This document shows, in pieces, positions 9,970 to 12,490 of a DNA stretch of 12,490 nt. The notes beneath the pieces are model-generated. The model saw nothing but the letters and a program-made list of their open reading frames with translations, did not search any database and was not told the DNA's origin. Position 1 is the first letter of the stretch, and each line of letters begins with the position of its first letter. The stretch is from Paraspadella gotoi (lineage: Eukaryota > Animalia > Chaetognatha). The position numbers and the translations under genes were made by a program. The DNA is taken from NCBI GenBank assembly GCA_051294375.1, contig JBJCIZ010000460.1, positions 1-12,490 on the forward strand, written 5' to 3'.

Positions 9970-10832
9970 AAGAAGAGAGATTCCCTCCCCTACCACCAGG
10001 GGATCACTGAAGCTCTGGTGCGGGTGCTAGCAAAGCAGGGATCTCCAGCCTCAGTGACGACCCGCGGCTCTCTCCGTGAGCATTTGGTGAAACCGAAAGA
10101 CAAAATCCCCAGACCGAAAACATCAGGAGCCGTCTACTGGGCGGCCTGTGCCGGCGCGGACAACCAACCCTGCACAGCAGCATACGTGGGCGAGACAGGC
10201 AAATCTCTAGCAGATCGGTTAGAGCAACACAAAAGCCTTATCGTGACTCACGTGGTCACTTTTCATCGGCTATTGCCGAGCACACGGCATCATCAGGCAT
10301 CTGTTTAGAGAGACTGACTGTCCTCGTGCTGTCCCATGACCAAAACTGGTTTTCAAGAGGTATTAGAGAGGCAATTTACATCAAAGCCCTCGAGCCCTCT
10401 CTGAACCGTGATGGAGGACGATTCGAACTCCCTCCAAGCTATGATTGCGTTATCAAAATGGTGGTGGAACGCCCAGAGCCACCCCAACCGCACAATGATT
10501 CCCCTGTCCCTACTCAACGGGCCAGGCGGAGGCCTCTCAGCAGGAAATGGATGTCCGATACCTCTCTCGAGCCTGTAGCAACTCGGTACGACTCTCCTCG
10601 CACCGAGCGTCGCCCAAAACGACGGCTGCAGGAGGAGAGAGAGGAGTCTGTATCTCCTGTATCAAAACAGGCAAGAACAGGCAACCGCCTGCCTCACCGT
10701 CAGGTGAGAGGAGGGCCGTCGGCAGGCTTATCAGGCCAAAGAGATATCGAGTGGCACTTGGCATTTTTCCCAGTGGAACCTTACCAGACCCCAGAATGTC
10801 ACGCTCTACAAATATATCCTCTCAACCTATGA
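9970..10832 (+). pseudogene. PLE polyprotein C-terminus: end of the RT region/linker plus GIY-YIG endonuclease, one frameshift at ~10231-10235
   Basis: First frame: LPYHQGITEALVRVL...SLREHLVKPKDKIP...GAVY(10126)..C..C..YVGETG(10183)KSLADRLEQH. Second frame from ~10233: KPYRDSRGHFSSAIAEH...VLSHDQNWFSRGIREAIYIKALEPSLNRDGG. These match the PLE motifs LPY, KDK, GVVY/YIGET, R..EH, SA.AEH, RE(A)I.I and NRD.G. Confidence 0.92.
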
Positions 10833-11102
10833 CAGGCCAATGACCCGATTCTTATCGTCAACGTCCTCCATTTGCCCGGCCGGGGGGGGGCAAGCTCATT
10901 TTGAGCTCTTTCTTTTACTTACTTTCACTAACTCTTTACTTACCTATCCTAACCACTTATTCTTCCATTTCAATTTCACTTCATTTACTAATTTATTTTT
11001 CATTGTTGTTAATAGTAAGTATTACTTAGTTAATCTTTAAGTTTACTTATTTATTCTTATTTTCTCTGTTGTACATTACTAAATGTATTAATTTCAATTT
11101 GT

Positions 11103-11127
11103 GTCTCTCTCTCTCTCTCTCTCTCTC
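11103..11127 (+). repeat. (CT)n microsatellite in the pyrimidine-rich PLE 3' region
   Basis: About 12 CT units. A second imperfect CT tract lies at ~11228-11253. Confidence 0.9.
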
Positions 11128-11299
11128 TTTTTTCATTTTCCACAATCTTACTTCTACTTCCCCTGTCCTTACCTTGAACTGTCCTCACATCTGACCACTT
11201 TCTCACTCAATTCTTTGTTGGAATCTCCCTCTCTCTCTGTCTCTCTCTCTCTCACCACAAACTCAACTTTCACAGAGACAATTGTTGTGAAAAAATCAC

Positions 11300-11344
11300 T
11301 TGCTGATGAAGACTCTAACTCTATAAGAGTCGAAACATGTCCGA
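11300..11344 (+). ncRNA. Minimal type I hammerhead ribozyme (PLE pLTR-associated)
   Basis: CTGATGA (11303-11309), one extra A, stem II GACTCT(11311-11316)/AGAGTC(11326-11331), GAAA (11332-11335), palindromic ACATGT stem III ending in the GTC cleavage triplet (11339-11341), and short stem I TTG(11300-11302)/CGA(11342-11344). Confidence 0.85.
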
Positions 11345-11354
11345 CTTACTTGTC

Positions 11355-11360
11355 AATAAA
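11355..11360 (+). promoter_or_regulatory. AATAAA putative polyadenylation signal of the PLE
   Basis: Lies 13 nt downstream of the hammerhead cleavage triplet. Also present in the inverted copy (TTTATT, 9543-9548). Confidence 0.55.
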
Positions 11361-11389
11361 ATTCGTTGCCACATTAAAACTGTTTTTCC

Positions 11390-11690
11390 TAAAAAGACAT
11401 AAAAACGTTAAAAACACAGGCAAACAACTTTTCCAATGTAAAAGAGATAAAAACGTTCAAAACACCGGCAAACGATTTTCCTATCTAAAAAGAGATAAAA
11501 AAGTTAAAAACACCAACAAACGACTTTTTCATTTTAAAAAAGGATAAAAACGTTAAAAACACCAGAAAACGACTTTTTGAATATAAAAAGAGATAAAAAC
11601 GTTACCAACAAAGGAAAACGATTTTTCCGATATAAAAGGTGATAAAAACGTTAAAAAAACTGGCAAACCACTTTTCCTTTTTCAAAAATG
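11390..11690 (-). repeat. ~49-bp satellite, inverted orientation, about 6 monomers, end of the array
   Basis: Resumes at TAAAAAGACATAAAAACGTTAAAAACACAGGCAAAC and fades at ~11690. Confidence 0.92.
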
Positions 11691-12490
11691 ATCCTTCCAT
11701 GTCACAAACCATGTTCAAAGGTTGGACCTTTATTGTGAAAACCTGGGAAGAAATAGAAAGCCTTACCAGAAAATATTAAATGGAAAGTATCAATTGCCAC
11801 CATTATGTGGGATTTAAAAAAAGCATATGAGCCTCCTTGTTGAAATAACAAGTAAACCCAACGGTGGAGCGAGAGAAATAGGTGAGCATGAATCACAATG
11901 ATTACACCAAACACTAAAACCAGAGGATTGCTTCCCCCCTTTTGATGCTTCAAAATACGATGAATGCAACAAAACTCAATCTCAAAACAAAAACTCGAAA
12001 ACTCGAAAACTAAAAAAAAAAAAAAATCCCAAAATCTTACCAAATCAAACTCCATACCTTTCAAAGCGTCTTCTAAGTTCTCGTTATGGCTGTGTCTTAA
12101 TGACTTAATGACTTGCCCCCCTCTCTGAAACCACCAACAACTTATCTTGAAATTATCTCTACTCTGTCTGAAACTATTTTTTTGCGACAAAAATTTCACA
12201 TATGACGTTGCGTCTTGCACCTTTTCTCTTTTGCGCTTTTGTTTTACTTCTCAACTCCCAGGCTAACTTAGTTCCCGTTGTCTCTTTCTTTTATCAATTC
12301 TGATTATTTGTTATTTTAATTGATTTTGATATTAATTCCCTTAAAGATCTGAACCTTCACTGGACTCATTTCCTAGAAAGACGATTCAAGACTCAGCATC
12401 ATCCTTGGTTCAACCATCCTCGAAAGAATCAACAGCACAATTTATATTAATTATTAAGGCATAGTGAAAGTTACATACGAAAATTCTAAA

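Larger units (their letters stand above)
9471..11393 (+). mobile_element. Penelope-like retroelement (C-terminal GIY-YIG type, Penelope/Poseidon-like architecture), 5' part truncated or lost in the gap
   Basis: GIY-YIG ORF remnant, hammerhead motif plus AATAAA near the 3' end, inverted copy of the 3' end at the left junction, and satellite in register on both sides. Confidence 0.9.

Noticed and set aside
10825-10900. SECIS element / Sec read-through of the TGA at 10830, as in some Naiad PLEs
   Set aside because: ATGA words are present, but I could not build the SECIS stem with an apical AA and GA quartet. The endonuclease here is C-terminal, unlike Naiads.
11352-11354. Alternative hammerhead cleavage triplet GTC
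   Set aside because: The following bases (AAT) do not pair with the G preceding CTGATGA. GTC at 11339-11341 fits better.
10840-11547. ORFs 10840-11040 and 11101-11547
   Set aside because: Low-complexity reads through the pyrimidine tract, CT microsatellite, ribozyme and satellite.
11702-12220. 172-aa minus-strand ORF as a CDS
   Set aside because: Non-ATG start, crosses a T-homopolymer and intron-like sequence, and has no recognisable domain.

Overview
Eukaryotic, very AT-rich, repeat-dominated DNA with no recognisable host gene. About 7.6 kb is a degenerate ~49-bp tandem satellite (consensus TTGGAAAAGTCGTTT(T/G)CCGGTGTTTTTAACGTTTTTATCTCTTTTTACA). The T-rich strand is on + from 1 to ~5420, and the repeat is inverted from ~6069 onward. 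The inversion point is a ~650-bp spacer holding a ~270-bp fold-back (MITE-like) element. The inverted array is interrupted by a ~1.3-kb unique insertion (7134-8455) and by a Penelope-like retroelement (PLE, ~9471-11393, partly hidden by a 390-N gap). The PLE shows the end of the RT region, a C-terminal GIY-YIG endonuclease with one frameshift, a pyrimidine-rich 3' region, a minimal type I hammerhead ribozyme followed by AATAAA, and an inverted copy of its own 3' end plus a ~40-nt tail at the left junction. The many F/L/K-rich ORFs in the track are satellite translation artefacts. No CRISPR array, rRNA or tRNA was seen. All alignments were done by eye.
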